Shown here: piece by piece, positions 35,549 through 45,747 of the stretch
How the letters are laid out: every line of letters begins with the position of its first letter
Position numbering within the stretch: position 1 is the stretch's first letter
DNA from: Candidatus Latescibacterota bacterium
GTDB lineage: Bacteria > Latescibacterota > UBA2968 > UBA8231
Direction: 5' to 3'
NCBI GenBank assembly: GCA_965221775.1
Contig: CBDCSU010000004.1
Location: 704,001-768,000, forward strand
Length of the DNA stretch: 64,000 bases
Made by a program: the position numbers and the translations under genes
The notes under the pieces: model-generated
The model's input: the letters and a program-made list of their open reading frames with translations, nothing else
Database searches by the model: none
Told to the model about the DNA's origin: nothing

Positions 35549-36358
35549 CTAGGCCGCCGGGGCGGCGGCCACGTCGGCGCTGTCGACGCTCCAGCACCAG
35601 AACTTCTCCGCGTACCCCACCACCAGCCGGGTGCCCTCGTCGTGGTCGACGTAGGGCGGGCGCGCCGGGCTGTACATGGTGTCGGTGAGGTCGCGGATCA
35701 GGGCCGTCTCCACCCCCCACTTGGTCATCTGCTTGATGCCGAAGCTGCGGTGGAGGACGCACATGTTGGTGTGCACGCCGAGGATCAGCATGCGGCTCAC
35801 GCCGCGGGCCTGCAGGCAGGCGTAGACGAGGCGGCCGTCGTCGGAGATCAGGTCCCGCTCCGGGTCGATGTCGATGCCGGGGTGCTGGCTCGTCCAGGCC
35901 TTGTAGGAGTCGTTCTCGGCCACGGTGGTGCCGTTGTCGGCGGCGTCCACCGGCAGGGGCGGGTCGTACTCGGCCGCTGTACCGCCCGGGGCGAAGAGCT
36001 GCCCCACGAGGGAGCCGGGGTCCCGCGCCGCCGCCGGCAGCCCCTCCGCGGGATCGGCCGGCTCCGCCTCCAGGGCCCGGAGGCGGGCCGGGTGCTCCGC
36101 GTAGAACTCCATTGTCCCCGAGGGCGCGTGGACGATCTGCACCCCGGCGGCGCGGGCCACCGTCACCGTCTGGTTCATGCGCGGCACCAGCGGCTCCATG
36201 CGCTCGCGCGCGCCGCGGCACCAGTGGCTGTCCCAGACGTCGCACAGCAGCAGGGCCGTGGCCGCCGCCGGCCACGCCGCCTCCTCCGTTACCGCGCGCC
36301 ACACGCGGTGGCCGCCCTCGTCGACGGTCAGCCGCTGGCGGCGCAGGTGGAGGTTCAT
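35549..36358 (-). CDS. Isochorismatase / cysteine hydrolase family protein
   Basis: TALLLCDVWDSHWC, IVHAPS, LGVHTNMCVL, RDLTDTMY. Confidence 0.82.
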   Translation of the reverse strand: MNLHLRRQRLTVDEGGHRVWRAVTEEAAWPAAATALLLCDVWDSHWCRGARERMEPLVPRMNQTVTVARAAGVQIVHAPSGTMEFYAEHPARLRALEAEPADPAEGLPAAARDPGSLVGQLFAPGGTAAEYDPPLPVDAADNGTTVAENDSYKAWTSQHPGIDIDPERDLISDDGRLVYACLQARGVSRMLILGVHTNMCVLHRSFGIKQMTKWGVETALIRDLTDTMYSPARPPYVDHDEGTRLVVGYAEKFWCWSVDSADVAAAPAA

Positions 36359-36359
36359 C

Positions 36360-37517
36360 TTAGAAGGAGTCCTTCACGTCCATGGTCCGGGACGGCCCCT
36401 CCTTGACCCTGGAGGTGGCCACCCGCTTCTGCAGCTCGTCGTAGTAGAGATCGGCGTCGACGGGGATGTCGACCCAGCTGTCGGTCCAGGTGGACAGGAG
36501 CATGGCGTTGAACAGCTCGACGCTGTGGATGCCGTCGAGGCCGGGGGCCAGCAACTCGGTCTCGCCGCCGTCGCGGATCGACTGCACCCAGTTGGCCGTG
36601 ATCGTCCGGTGCTCGCCGTCGCCGCCGGCGGGCGGCACCTTGCAGGTCCACACGTCGGGGCTGCCGAAGCCGCCGGGGTACTCCTTCAGGAAGCGGCTCA
36701 CCGACTGCTCGGTGCGGTGGAAGACGATGCCGCCGTCCTCGGCGACGATCTTGCCGCGGTCGCCGGTGATCTCGAGGCGGTTGGTCCCCGGCGCGTCACC
36801 GGTGCCGGTGACGAAGACGCCCGTGGCGCCGTTGGGGTACTCGACGAAGGCGGTGACGTCGTCCTCCACCTCGATGTCGTGGTGCTTGCCGAAGTAGCAG
36901 AAGCCCCGCAGGCGCGAGGGCATGCCGCAGACCCACTGCCAGAGGTCGAGGTTGTGGGGGCACTGGTTGGCGAGCACGCCGCCGCCCTCGCCGGCCCAGG
37001 TCGCCCGCCAGCCGCCGGAGTCGTAGTAGCTCTGGGCGCGGAACCAGTCGGTGATGATGTAGTTGGTGCGCTGGATCTCGCCCAGCTCGCCGGAGGAGAC
37101 CAGCTCATGGAGCTTCCGCGTCTGGCCGCGGGCCCGCTGGTTGAGCATCAGGGCGAAGACCGTCCCCGCCTTCTCGGCGGCGGCGTTCATCTGCTTCACC
37201 TGGCGCGTGTACACGCCGGCGGGCTTCTCGGACATCACGTGCAGGCCGGCCTCGAAGGCGGCGATGGCGATGGGCGGGTGCAGGTAGTGGGGGGTGGCGA
37301 TGAGCACGGCGTCGATCTCGCCCGAGCCGATCATCCCCTCCGGCGTGTCGAAGCGCTCGACGCCGTCCAGGTTGCTCTCGGCCCACGCGAGCCTCTCGGG
37401 GCTGGCGTCGGCCACCGCGGCGAGCCGGCCCGCCGGGATCTGCCCCTTCGACAGGTACTCGCAGTGATTGCCCCCCATGCCGCCGATGCCGGCGACGCCG
37501 ATCCGTACCTCGTCCAT
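36360..37517 (-). CDS. Gfo/Idh/MocA family oxidoreductase
   Basis: RIGVAGIGGMG, IATPHYLH, HVMSEKPA, WRATWAGEGGGVLANQCPHNLD, IEVEDD. Confidence 0.93.
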   Translation of the reverse strand: MDEVRIGVAGIGGMGGNHCEYLSKGQIPAGRLAAVADASPERLAWAESNLDGVERFDTPEGMIGSGEIDAVLIATPHYLHPPIAIAAFEAGLHVMSEKPAGVYTRQVKQMNAAAEKAGTVFALMLNQRARGQTRKLHELVSSGELGEIQRTNYIITDWFRAQSYYDSGGWRATWAGEGGGVLANQCPHNLDLWQWVCGMPSRLRGFCYFGKHHDIEVEDDVTAFVEYPNGATGVFVTGTGDAPGTNRLEITGDRGKIVAEDGGIVFHRTEQSVSRFLKEYPGGFGSPDVWTCKVPPAGGDGEHRTITANWVQSIRDGGETELLAPGLDGIHSVELFNAMLLSTWTDSWVDIPVDADLYYDELQKRVATSRVKEGPSRTMDVKDSF

Positions 37518-37657
37518 CCTGTCTCTCCTTGCTCTTTCCGTGTGGGTCAGCCGGCGGCGGAGCCGAGACGCTCCGGCGCGCCGAGTCCATCCTGTCTCTC
37601 CTTGCTCTTTCCGTGTGGGTCAGCCGGCGGCGGAGCCGAGACGCTCCGGCGCGCCGA
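37512..37657. repeat. Perfect 73-bp tandem duplication spanning a gene junction
   Basis: 37512-37584 equals 37585-37657 (GTCCATCCTGTCTCTCCTTG...GGCGCGCCGA). Confidence 0.92.
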
Positions 37658-38510
37658 CGGGTTGGCCGGAACGGCAGACGACCGGGAAATGGGGTCCCGC
37701 CCCGGCCATCGGGGCGCCGTCCGGCAGCTCGACGAACTGCTTCATCACGTGGTTGCCGCCGGCGTCGAAGCGGGCCTCGCCGGTCATGTAGTGGATGGCG
37801 ATCGCCCGCCGCGGACGCCCCGAGGTGTTGTGGGGCGAGCCGTGCCAGGTCAGGGAGTGGTGGAAGGAGATCTCCCCCCGCCGCACCGGCCAGGGCCGCG
37901 GCCGCACCTCGCTCACGTCGGTGCCGTCGGGCGGCTCGAAGCCCTCGATGGCCGAGAAGTCGGCCAGGTCTTCCAGGTGGCGCTGGGTGCGCAGGAACTC
38001 GATCTGGTTCCCCCAGCGGTGGCTGCCGGGGACCATCCACATGCAGCCGTTCTCCTCGTCGGCGTCGTCCATGGGGATCCACGCCGAGACCGGGGTCATG
38101 GGCTTGATGATCGGCCACAGGGGCGCGTCCTGGTGCCAGTTGGTGGGCCCCCCCGCCGACGCCGGCTTGTACTGGATCTGGTCGTGCCACACCTGCAGGT
38201 CCCGCTGCCCCGTGAGCTGGCTGACCGCCTTGACGACAAGAGGGTGGTAGATCAGCCGCTCGAAGGCCGGATGGGCCTCCCAGATGTTGACGATCTGCCA
38301 TACCGGCGAGGAACTCACGCCGCCGCCGCGGGACTTCATGTCGTGAAACAGGACCGGCCGCGTCTGGCCCTCGGCGAAGCCGTCGGGGCCGATCTCCAGG
38401 ATCTCCTCCAGGCCGGCGGTGATCCCGCCGACCTCGCTCTCCTGCAGGACGGGTCCGCTGTTGAGGAACCCGTCCTCGTGGAACCGCTCGATCTGTTCGG
38501 AAGTGAGCAT
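37620..38510 (-). CDS. Phytanoyl-CoA dioxygenase (PhyH) family protein
   Basis: MLTSEQIERFHEDGF, HDQIQYKP, WHQD, SAWIPMDDADEENGCMWMVPGSH, FHHSLTWHGS..N.S..PRRA. Confidence 0.92.
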   Translation of the reverse strand: MLTSEQIERFHEDGFLNSGPVLQESEVGGITAGLEEILEIGPDGFAEGQTRPVLFHDMKSRGGGVSSSPVWQIVNIWEAHPAFERLIYHPLVVKAVSQLTGQRDLQVWHDQIQYKPASAGGPTNWHQDAPLWPIIKPMTPVSAWIPMDDADEENGCMWMVPGSHRWGNQIEFLRTQRHLEDLADFSAIEGFEPPDGTDVSEVRPRPWPVRRGEISFHHSLTWHGSPHNTSGRPRRAIAIHYMTGEARFDAGGNHVMKQFVELPDGAPMAGAGPHFPVVCRSGQPVGAPERLGSAAG

Positions 38511-38655
38511 CCGGCCTCTTCGCCTCGGGTGGCGGGCAAGTGTACGCCGGGGGGATGGGATCTTCAATCGCCGGCGCCGCTCACCCTTGAATCCCCCCTC
38601 GGCGCGGCCCTTCGTTCTCCCCGCCCTCTCCCCCATTCCAGATGGAAGGCCCACC

Positions 38656-40602
38656 GTGACCGAATCCGACTGGCTCCGCTACCTGTTGCCCCTGCCCCGT
38701 CAGGTGTCGATCCCGGGCTCCGTGACCTGCCCGCGAACCTCGATCCGCGTCGCCGCCGCCGGACCCGCCGACGAGGTCCTGGACGAGGCGGTGGGCATGC
38801 TCGCCGAGGTGGTCGGCCAGCCCTGCGTGGGGGAGCCGCGGCTCACCGTCACCCTCGGCCGCATCGCCGACCTCGACGCCGTCCCGGAGGACCGCCTGGC
38901 CGGCGCCCGCCATCGCGGGCAGGCCTACGTGATCACCTCCCCCTCGGCGGAGGAGATCGTCATCGCCGGCGGCTCGAGCGTGGGGGCCGTGTACGGGGCC
39001 GTCACCCTGGCGCAGCTGCTCGACGCGTCGGACGGCGCCGACGACCTGGAGGTCCCGCTCCCCGAGATCGCCGACTGGCCGGAGATCGAGGAGCGCGGCG
39101 TCTGGAACTTCCCCGACGCGCCCGGCTGGGTGCCGTGGATGGCCGGCCTCAAGCTCAACTATGGCAAGATGGCCGACGTCTCCCTGGGACAGGTGGAGCG
39201 CGGCCGGCCGGTGTCGGCGCGGATCGACGCCGATCTCATGGTCCGGGCGCGGCGGCGCGGATTCAACTACGTGCCGCTGATCTCGCACCTGAACTTCCTC
39301 CACGACACCGGGATCTTCCGCGCCTGGCCGGAGCTGGCCGGCAAGGGCGACGAGGCCCTGGCGGGGCGCTACTTCGCCCACAAGCTCGGCAACCAGCACC
39401 GGGCGCCCTGCGCCTCGCAGCCGGTCCTCGTCGACCTGCTCACCGAGTGGATGCTCTCCATCTGTGAGCAGGGGGCCGGCGAGATCAGCTGCTGGCTCAG
39501 CGAGCGGCCCTGCCAGTGCCAGTGCGAGCGCTGCACCCCCGTGGGCCAGTTCGTGCTGGAGACCCGCGCCTTCGTCGCCGCCTGGGAGCGCGCCCGCCGC
39601 GACCACCCGGGCCTGGTGATCCGCATCTTCTCCTCCACCACCACCCCGGAGCAGGACGAACGTGTCCTGGCGGAACTGCCCGAGGAGGTCCGCTTCGAGC
39701 GCGCCTGCGCCACCGCCATGGAGCGCTGGCGCAACCTGCCGCGGGACCGCTTCGCCAACCCCTGCCTCGACGCCGCCGCCGCCGCCGGACGCTGGATCGC
39801 CAGCTACGACATGCCCCTGCAGGCCTACGGCAACGTCGACACGCCGGAGTTCAAGGTGCCCCAGTTCTCGGCCCAGCGGGTGCGGGACTTCGTCGAGCAG
39901 CTGGCGCGGCGGGGCTACGCCGGCGCCTACGGCATGATGGCCTGGGGCAACCTGACCCGCCAGACCAGCGGCTTCAGCGTCAGCGCCCTGGCCGAGTACG
40001 CCTGGAACCCCGGCGGCCGCAGGGTCCGCGAGTTCGCCGAGGCCTGGGCCACCCGCGAGGGTATCTCGGACCCGGCCGCCGTCGGCGACTGGGCGCAGCT
40101 GCTCGGCGAGGTCGAGTTCGACGTGTACGACTCCGACTTCCCCATGTGCTGGTCCTGGGGCCACGCGGCGGCCATGGTGGAGGAGGGACGGGCGCCGCGC
40201 TTCGGCGACGGCATGTTCCGCCACTTCTCCGGCGAGGAGGATTTCGAGTCGAAGCTGGAGATCTGCCGGAAGGCGGCCGGGCTGGTGGAGGGGCTGGAAC
40301 GCGGGGACCTGGCGCTGGCCACCGAGGTGGTGGGCTCGTACGTGGCCCTGATCCGGGCGGTCTGGCGGATCGCCCACGAAATGGCCCACGCCGACCGGAC
40401 CTCGGAGGCCGGTCAGCGCGGGCTCATGAACCGCGTGGAAGATCTGGAGGAGGCCGGGAAGGCCAACGTCGAGGCGATCCGGGCCTGGCGCTCACACCTG
40501 GGGCCGGAGCCGTGGAACCAGCGCGTCCACGACGCCATCGCCGGCACCCGCGACACGGTGGAGCGCATCGCCCGCCACGTGCGCGACCGCTACATCTACT
40601 GA
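38656..40602 (+). CDS. GH20 zincin-like N-terminal domain protein (putative glycoside hydrolase)
   Basis: LLPLPRQV, QAYVI, GAVYGAVTLAQL, IADWP.IEERG; internal PCASQP and CQCQCERC. Confidence 0.65.
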   Translation: MTESDWLRYLLPLPRQVSIPGSVTCPRTSIRVAAAGPADEVLDEAVGMLAEVVGQPCVGEPRLTVTLGRIADLDAVPEDRLAGARHRGQAYVITSPSAEEIVIAGGSSVGAVYGAVTLAQLLDASDGADDLEVPLPEIADWPEIEERGVWNFPDAPGWVPWMAGLKLNYGKMADVSLGQVERGRPVSARIDADLMVRARRRGFNYVPLISHLNFLHDTGIFRAWPELAGKGDEALAGRYFAHKLGNQHRAPCASQPVLVDLLTEWMLSICEQGAGEISCWLSERPCQCQCERCTPVGQFVLETRAFVAAWERARRDHPGLVIRIFSSTTTPEQDERVLAELPEEVRFERACATAMERWRNLPRDRFANPCLDAAAAAGRWIASYDMPLQAYGNVDTPEFKVPQFSAQRVRDFVEQLARRGYAGAYGMMAWGNLTRQTSGFSVSALAEYAWNPGGRRVREFAEAWATREGISDPAAVGDWAQLLGEVEFDVYDSDFPMCWSWGHAAAMVEEGRAPRFGDGMFRHFSGEEDFESKLEICRKAAGLVEGLERGDLALATEVVGSYVALIRAVWRIAHEMAHADRTSEAGQRGLMNRVEDLEEAGKANVEAIRAWRSHLGPEPWNQRVHDAIAGTRDTVERIARHVRDRYIY

Positions 40603-40631
40603 AAGCGCGGCGGGCGGCCGGCCGGGCGGGC

Positions 40632-41069
40632 TCAGCCGGTGACGGCGGCGTGCATCTCCGTCCAGTCGTCGAGGTTGTTGAGGTTCACCGCGTCGAGGAT
40701 CGAGCCGTCGTCGGCGACGCCGGCGGCCGACAGGATCGAGCCCCGGGTGTCGTCGTCGTGGTTGTACCCGCGGATGGCGGCGTTGGAGGCGTCGACCTCG
40801 TCCTGGGGGATGCTGCCGCCCCGCTGCTGCACGACCCAGGCCTCGAACTGGGCATAGGTGGGCAGGTTGGACTTGATGTAGCCCACGGCGGCGTCGCGGT
40901 CGATGCCGAGGCCGTCGAGGACCATCTGGTCGAAGCCCTGGCCGCACTCGTCGTAGCCGTCCTCGAGCTGTCCCTTGGCGCTCAGCAGCACCTTCGACCA
41001 CAGCCTCGGCAGGTGGATGGCCCCGAGGGGACCGGCCAGGTCCGAGCTGATCAGTGGAATCGTGCCCAT
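40632..41069 (-). CDS. DUF5069 domain protein
   Basis: GPLGAIHLPRLWSK..GQL..Y..FDQMVLDGLGID, LNNLDDW; GGAGG RBS. Confidence 0.7.
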   Translation of the reverse strand: MGTIPLISSDLAGPLGAIHLPRLWSKVLLSAKGQLEDGYDECGQGFDQMVLDGLGIDRDAAVGYIKSNLPTYAQFEAWVVQQRGGSIPQDEVDASNAAIRGYNHDDDTRGSILSAAGVADDGSILDAVNLNNLDDWTEMHAAVTG

Positions 41070-41238
41070 GTTCGTTCCTCCAATGCGGGCCGTGAGGGGA
41101 GGCCCTGTAAGGGGTTGAGGGGGGCGGAGATATAGGACGGCCCGGTTTCGGGCGTCAAGCGGCGGGATTGCGGGCCACCCGGCGGCCGGCTATGCTGCAC
41201 GCCGCCCGGGATACCACCCGATACCAAGGAGCGCGGAG

Positions 41239-42219
41239 ATGCACGTCGGCACGCAGCAGTTCAGCACCAGCGATCACGATCTGGAGTTCCTCGCCCGCCA
41301 CGGCGTGACCGCCAAGAACGAGAACAACATCACCTTCCACCGCGAGTACGGGTGGGACGTGAAGGAGCTGATCGAGAAGAAGGAGAGGTGCGAGAGCTTC
41401 GGCGTCGACATGGAGATGGTGGCCATCCCCGTCCACTCCCTCGGCGTCGACGGCTGCAGCACCCCCCACTACATGCGCGGCCGCTACGACGAGGGCGACA
41501 AGGAGATCGAGCTGGTCTGCAACATGATCCGCCAGGCCGCCGAAGCCGGCATCCCGGCGGTGAAGTACTTCCTGTGCGAGATGGAGAACCAGCGCACCGA
41601 GTCGGTCCCCCTGGGGCGGGGCAACTCGCGCTACAGCACCTGGGACCTGGAGAAGGCCGACGACTCGCCGCGCTACGACGAGCCGCTCACGGCGGAGCAG
41701 AACTGGGAGCGCATCACCTACTACCTGGAACGGGTCGTGCCGGTGGCCGAGGAGTGCAAGGTGCGCATGGCCTGCCACCCCTGCGACCCGTGGCTGCCGC
41801 CGGGCTTCAAGGGTGTCGACCGCGTCCTCGGCGGCCCCGAGGGCTTCCGGCGCTTCATCACCATCTGCGAGAGCGACTACCACGGCGTCAACCTGTGCCT
41901 CGGCTGCATGGCCGAGGCCTCCACCGACCCGCGCAACGAGGTGCCCGAGATCATCCGCTACTTCGGGTCGCGCAACAAGATCTTCCTCTGCCACTTCCGC
42001 AACATCGTCGGGGGGCGCAACAAGTTCCAGGAGGTGTGGCCCGACGAGGGCGTCATGAGCATGCACCGCAACATCCGCGCCCTGCAGGAAGTGGGTTACC
42101 CGCACATGGTCGTGCCCGACCACGCCCCCGGCCACCCCGACTCCGACGCCTACCAGGCCTGGGCCTACGAGTTCGGCTACATCCAGGCGATGATCCAGTC
42201 GGTGACCGACGAGGACTGA
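41239..42219 (+). CDS. Mannonate dehydratase (UxuA) family protein
   Basis: AAEAGIPAVKY, WERITYYLERVVPVAEE..VRMACHPCDP, LCLGC, IFLCHFRNI, DEG, VPDHAP. Confidence 0.85.
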   Translation: MHVGTQQFSTSDHDLEFLARHGVTAKNENNITFHREYGWDVKELIEKKERCESFGVDMEMVAIPVHSLGVDGCSTPHYMRGRYDEGDKEIELVCNMIRQAAEAGIPAVKYFLCEMENQRTESVPLGRGNSRYSTWDLEKADDSPRYDEPLTAEQNWERITYYLERVVPVAEECKVRMACHPCDPWLPPGFKGVDRVLGGPEGFRRFITICESDYHGVNLCLGCMAEASTDPRNEVPEIIRYFGSRNKIFLCHFRNIVGGRNKFQEVWPDEGVMSMHRNIRALQEVGYPHMVVPDHAPGHPDSDAYQAWAYEFGYIQAMIQSVTDED

Positions 42220-42238
42220 GCCCCGGGAGGCGCCGCCT

Positions 42239-44770
42239 CTACAGGGCGGAGGCGCGCCTCATCAACTCGGCCCGCGCCTCGGCGAAGAGGGCGATCAGCC
42301 GCGCCCGCACCGCCTCGTCGCTGAAGACGCCGATGCGCTCGGCCCAGGCGGTGCCGCCCTCCATGTGGGTGAGCAGGTACTCGCCGTCGGCTTCCTCGAA
42401 GGCGCCCCTCCGGCCGACGTCGACGTAGACCGGCGACGAGTGGGCCATCACCGGGCCGGCGTCGGTGGCGTACGGCCCCCAGCAGCGCGCCGCGATCCAG
42501 CAGGGTTCCCCGCACTCGATCTCCGTCTGGAGCGTGACCGAGCGCTCCCCTTCCGCGGCCGTCTCCCGCTCCCGGGGGACGCCGTTGACGACGAGTTGCA
42601 CCGCCGTCAGGGGCCAGACGCTCCAGGCCCGGGCGTCCACCTCCACGGTCCCGCCGTTGCCGGGCAGGTCCAACTGCCCGCCCATGGGCACCCCGTCGAC
42701 GCGCAGGTCGATCATGGCGCCGGTGCTGGCGAAGGTCTGGCCGCTGCGCACCGCCCGGCACCAGTTGTCGAAGGTGAACTCCCGGCCCTCGGGGATTCGC
42801 GCATAGGTCCGCGAGCCCCCGAGGATGCGGCCGTTCGACATCTTGTCGGTGCCGCCGACGATGGGCAGCTTCTGGCCCACGTTCAGCCAGCGGTAGTAGC
42901 CGCGCTCGCCCTGGCCGATCTCCTCCCCTTCCCAGACCCAGCACATCTCCGCCGCGTCGGCCTGGCCGAGGACGATGTTGGCGGCGTTCTCGAAGTCGGG
43001 CACCGGCATGTGGGGCATGATCACCAGCCCGCCCTGGGCGCGGCACTCCTCGGCCCAGTCCGCCATGAGCGCCTGGATCTCGCCGCCGACCCAGTCCTCC
43101 TGCGGCCCGCCGGTGCACATGGGGGCCACCAACTCGCGCAGACCCAGGAGGCTGATGTGGCCGAGGACGTGCTGGCGGTTCTCCTGGCTCACGTAGACGA
43201 GGTGGTTCTCCGTCGACGTGGGGGCCACGCCGCCGGTGAACTCCTCCCAGCTGGTGAACAGCCGCCCCCACTGGCTGGCGAGCAGGTGCACCACGTTCAG
43301 GTCCTCCCCCTCGGCCTCCAGCACGCTCGACTGGGAGGAGAGGAAGTGGACGTGGGTGTCCCCGGAGAAGAAGCCCTCGGCCTTCATGTCGAAGGCGCGC
43401 TTCACGGGCAGGGTCAGGTGCCGCTGCCCAGGCTTGATCTCCAGTTGGCGGCGGGTGGGCTCGTACTCGAAGCCGCGCGCCACCTCGACGAAGCTGGCCC
43501 CCACGGGCAGCTCGATCTGGCAGGTGCCGTCGATGTAGGCGTAGGGGGTGCCGCCCGTCTTGCAGTCGCCCCCCATGTCCTCGAACCAGGCGATGTTGAC
43601 GTCGGCCTGGTGGCCGTGGGGAGCGAGGTAGACGCCCTCCTTGGAGCGGAAGTGGACGCGGCAGCCCACGGGATCGCCCGTGTCGGCGTCGACGACGCGG
43701 ACGTGCACCCACTGGCGGCCCTCGCCGTCCACCACCTGCACGCGCACCGGTCCGGACTCGGCCTCGCCCCGCTCCAGGACCTCGCCCCAGCGGAAGCCGG
43801 CACCGGCTTCTCCGGCCTTCACCTCCAGGTTGGCCCGCGGCGAGCCGTGGACCTCCACCTGCCCTCCCGGGCCGACCCGCTGTCCGCCGCGGCCCCAGCC
43901 GGTCTCGTCGGTGGTGAGGAAGTCGCCGCCGGGGACGAAGAGATCGTCCTGGCGCGCCACCACCCCGCGGTCGACGCCGATCTCCGGGGCCGCCTCTCCT
44001 CCCTCCACCGTCACCGCCACGGTGCGCCGCATCTCCCAGTGGAAGGGGTCGTCCTCCTCGTTGCACAGGGTGACCGCGCCGAGGACGATGGGTGTCGCCG
44101 TCGCCGCCTCGAGGACGACCTCGGCGATCTCCGCCTCCGGGCGGTCCACGGCCAGGTCGAAGAGCCACCAGCCCGTCAGGTCGCCGCCCATGGCGCCCGG
44201 GCCGCCGGCGGGACGGCCGTCGGCGCGGTCGTAGCGCGAGTACACGCCGACCTGGGCGCCGCCGTAGCCGACGGCCGGCTCGTGGAGGCTGGTGGAATCG
44301 AAGTGGCGGCAGTTGCGGCAGAGGAAGGGATGGTGTCCCCAGGGGGCGTTGATGTCGTGGATCTCCCAGCGCCGGCGCAGGGGCTGCGCCGTCTCGGAGC
44401 CGTCGGCGAAGCGGACGACGTACTGGCCGAGGCTCTCCCCCGCCCCCTCGAGGGTGGCCCACTCCCCGTCCACCGGAGCGCAGGCGTGGGCGAAGAGCAG
44501 CCGCCGCGCCGCGGCGCCCACGGGGATGACGACCCGCGACTCGGTTCCCTCCCCGGCCGCGGCGACCACGAAGCGGCGCTCCGCGTCGGTTTCCGCCAGA
44601 TGGAAGGGGACGCCGAGGAAGAGGCACTCGCCCGACGGCAGTCCGTCCAGCGGCGTCGCGTGGGGGTCGTCGCCGCGGGGCCACAGCCAGCGGCCGCCGC
44701 CGAGATCGACGTTGCGGGTTCCGGCGTTGCACAGGCCGGACAGGTCCAGGGGCTGGAAGGAGTCGTTCAT
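42239..44770 (-). CDS. CehA/McbA family (PHP-like) metallohydrolase
   Basis: VARGFEY, SGDTHVH, AEGEDL, SQENR..GHISLLGL, YYRWLN.G.KLPIVGGTD, G.TFASTG, AHSSPVYV. Confidence 0.8.
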   Translation of the reverse strand: MNDSFQPLDLSGLCNAGTRNVDLGGGRWLWPRGDDPHATPLDGLPSGECLFLGVPFHLAETDAERRFVVAAAGEGTESRVVIPVGAAARRLLFAHACAPVDGEWATLEGAGESLGQYVVRFADGSETAQPLRRRWEIHDINAPWGHHPFLCRNCRHFDSTSLHEPAVGYGGAQVGVYSRYDRADGRPAGGPGAMGGDLTGWWLFDLAVDRPEAEIAEVVLEAATATPIVLGAVTLCNEEDDPFHWEMRRTVAVTVEGGEAAPEIGVDRGVVARQDDLFVPGGDFLTTDETGWGRGGQRVGPGGQVEVHGSPRANLEVKAGEAGAGFRWGEVLERGEAESGPVRVQVVDGEGRQWVHVRVVDADTGDPVGCRVHFRSKEGVYLAPHGHQADVNIAWFEDMGGDCKTGGTPYAYIDGTCQIELPVGASFVEVARGFEYEPTRRQLEIKPGQRHLTLPVKRAFDMKAEGFFSGDTHVHFLSSQSSVLEAEGEDLNVVHLLASQWGRLFTSWEEFTGGVAPTSTENHLVYVSQENRQHVLGHISLLGLRELVAPMCTGGPQEDWVGGEIQALMADWAEECRAQGGLVIMPHMPVPDFENAANIVLGQADAAEMCWVWEGEEIGQGERGYYRWLNVGQKLPIVGGTDKMSNGRILGGSRTYARIPEGREFTFDNWCRAVRSGQTFASTGAMIDLRVDGVPMGGQLDLPGNGGTVEVDARAWSVWPLTAVQLVVNGVPRERETAAEGERSVTLQTEIECGEPCWIAARCWGPYATDAGPVMAHSSPVYVDVGRRGAFEEADGEYLLTHMEGGTAWAERIGVFSDEAVRARLIALFAEARAELMRRASAL

Positions 44771-45747
44771 CCGTGTCCTCCGCCGGCGAGCACGCCGGCA
44801 TAGTAGTCCAGGGGAAGGTTGCCGCCGCTGAGGACGCCCACGACCCGCTTCCCCGCCAGACGCGAACCCAGACGCGCCGCCGCCGCCAGGGGCGCCGCCG
44901 CCGCGCCCTCGGCCACGAGCCGGGCCTCGCGGGCATACCAGCGGATCGCCTCCTCGATCTCGCCGTCGTCCACGAGGACGAGGTCGTCGAGGAGGCGCCA
45001 GAGGATCTCCAGGGGCATCTGAAAGGGGACGCGCGTGGCCAGGCCCTCGTGGGCGGTTCTCATCTCCGCCTCCACGTCGAGGCGGCGCTGGGTCCAGGCG
45101 CGCCAGACCGCGGGGGCCGCCGAGGACTGCACGCCGATGACCTCGATGGCCGGGTTCCGGGCCTTGGCCACCAGGCAGGTCCCGGCGGCGCCGCTGCCGC
45201 CGCCCACCGGCACGAGTATCACCTCCGTCTCCGGCGCCGCCTCTAGGATCTCCACCGCCATGGTGCCGGCGCCGGCGATCAGCTCGGGCTCGTTGGCCGA
45301 GTGCACGTAGCGGCGGCCCTCCCGGCGGGCGACCTCCTCCACCTCGACCCGGGCCTCATCGAAGTCGCGGCCGTGGCGGCGCACCTCGGCCCCGAGGCGC
45401 TCCATGGCCTCCAGCTTTGCGGGGTTGGCGCCCTCGGCCGGGGCGTAGATCACCACCGAGGCGCCGAAGCGGGTGCCGGCCCAGGCCATGGCCTGACCGT
45501 GGTTGCCGGTGCTGGCGCTGATCAGGCCGCGGGACCGCTCCTCTTCGGACAGGTGCCCCACCACGTTGAGGGCGCCGCGCACCTTGAAGGCACCCACGGG
45601 CTGGAAGCTCTCGCACTTGACCCGGTAGTCGCAGCCGAGCCGCTGCGACAACGCCTCGCTGCGCACCAGGGGCGTGGGCTCCAGGTGATCGGCGATGAAG
45701 GCCCGGGCCGCGTCGACATCGGCCGCCGTGGGAGGAGGCCGGGTCAC
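44767..45747 (-). CDS. PLP-dependent threonine/serine dehydratase family protein
   Basis: PTPL, KCESFQPVGAFKVRGA, ASTGNHG, VPVGGGSG, VAEGAAA, SGGN; GTG start overlaps upstream stop. Confidence 0.9.
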   Translation of the reverse strand: MTRPPPTAADVDAARAFIADHLEPTPLVRSEALSQRLGCDYRVKCESFQPVGAFKVRGALNVVGHLSEEERSRGLISASTGNHGQAMAWAGTRFGASVVIYAPAEGANPAKLEAMERLGAEVRRHGRDFDEARVEVEEVARREGRRYVHSANEPELIAGAGTMAVEILEAAPETEVILVPVGGGSGAAGTCLVAKARNPAIEVIGVQSSAAPAVWRAWTQRRLDVEAEMRTAHEGLATRVPFQMPLEILWRLLDDLVLVDDGEIEEAIRWYAREARLVAEGAAAAPLAAAARLGSRLAGKRVVGVLSGGNLPLDYYAGVLAGGGHG

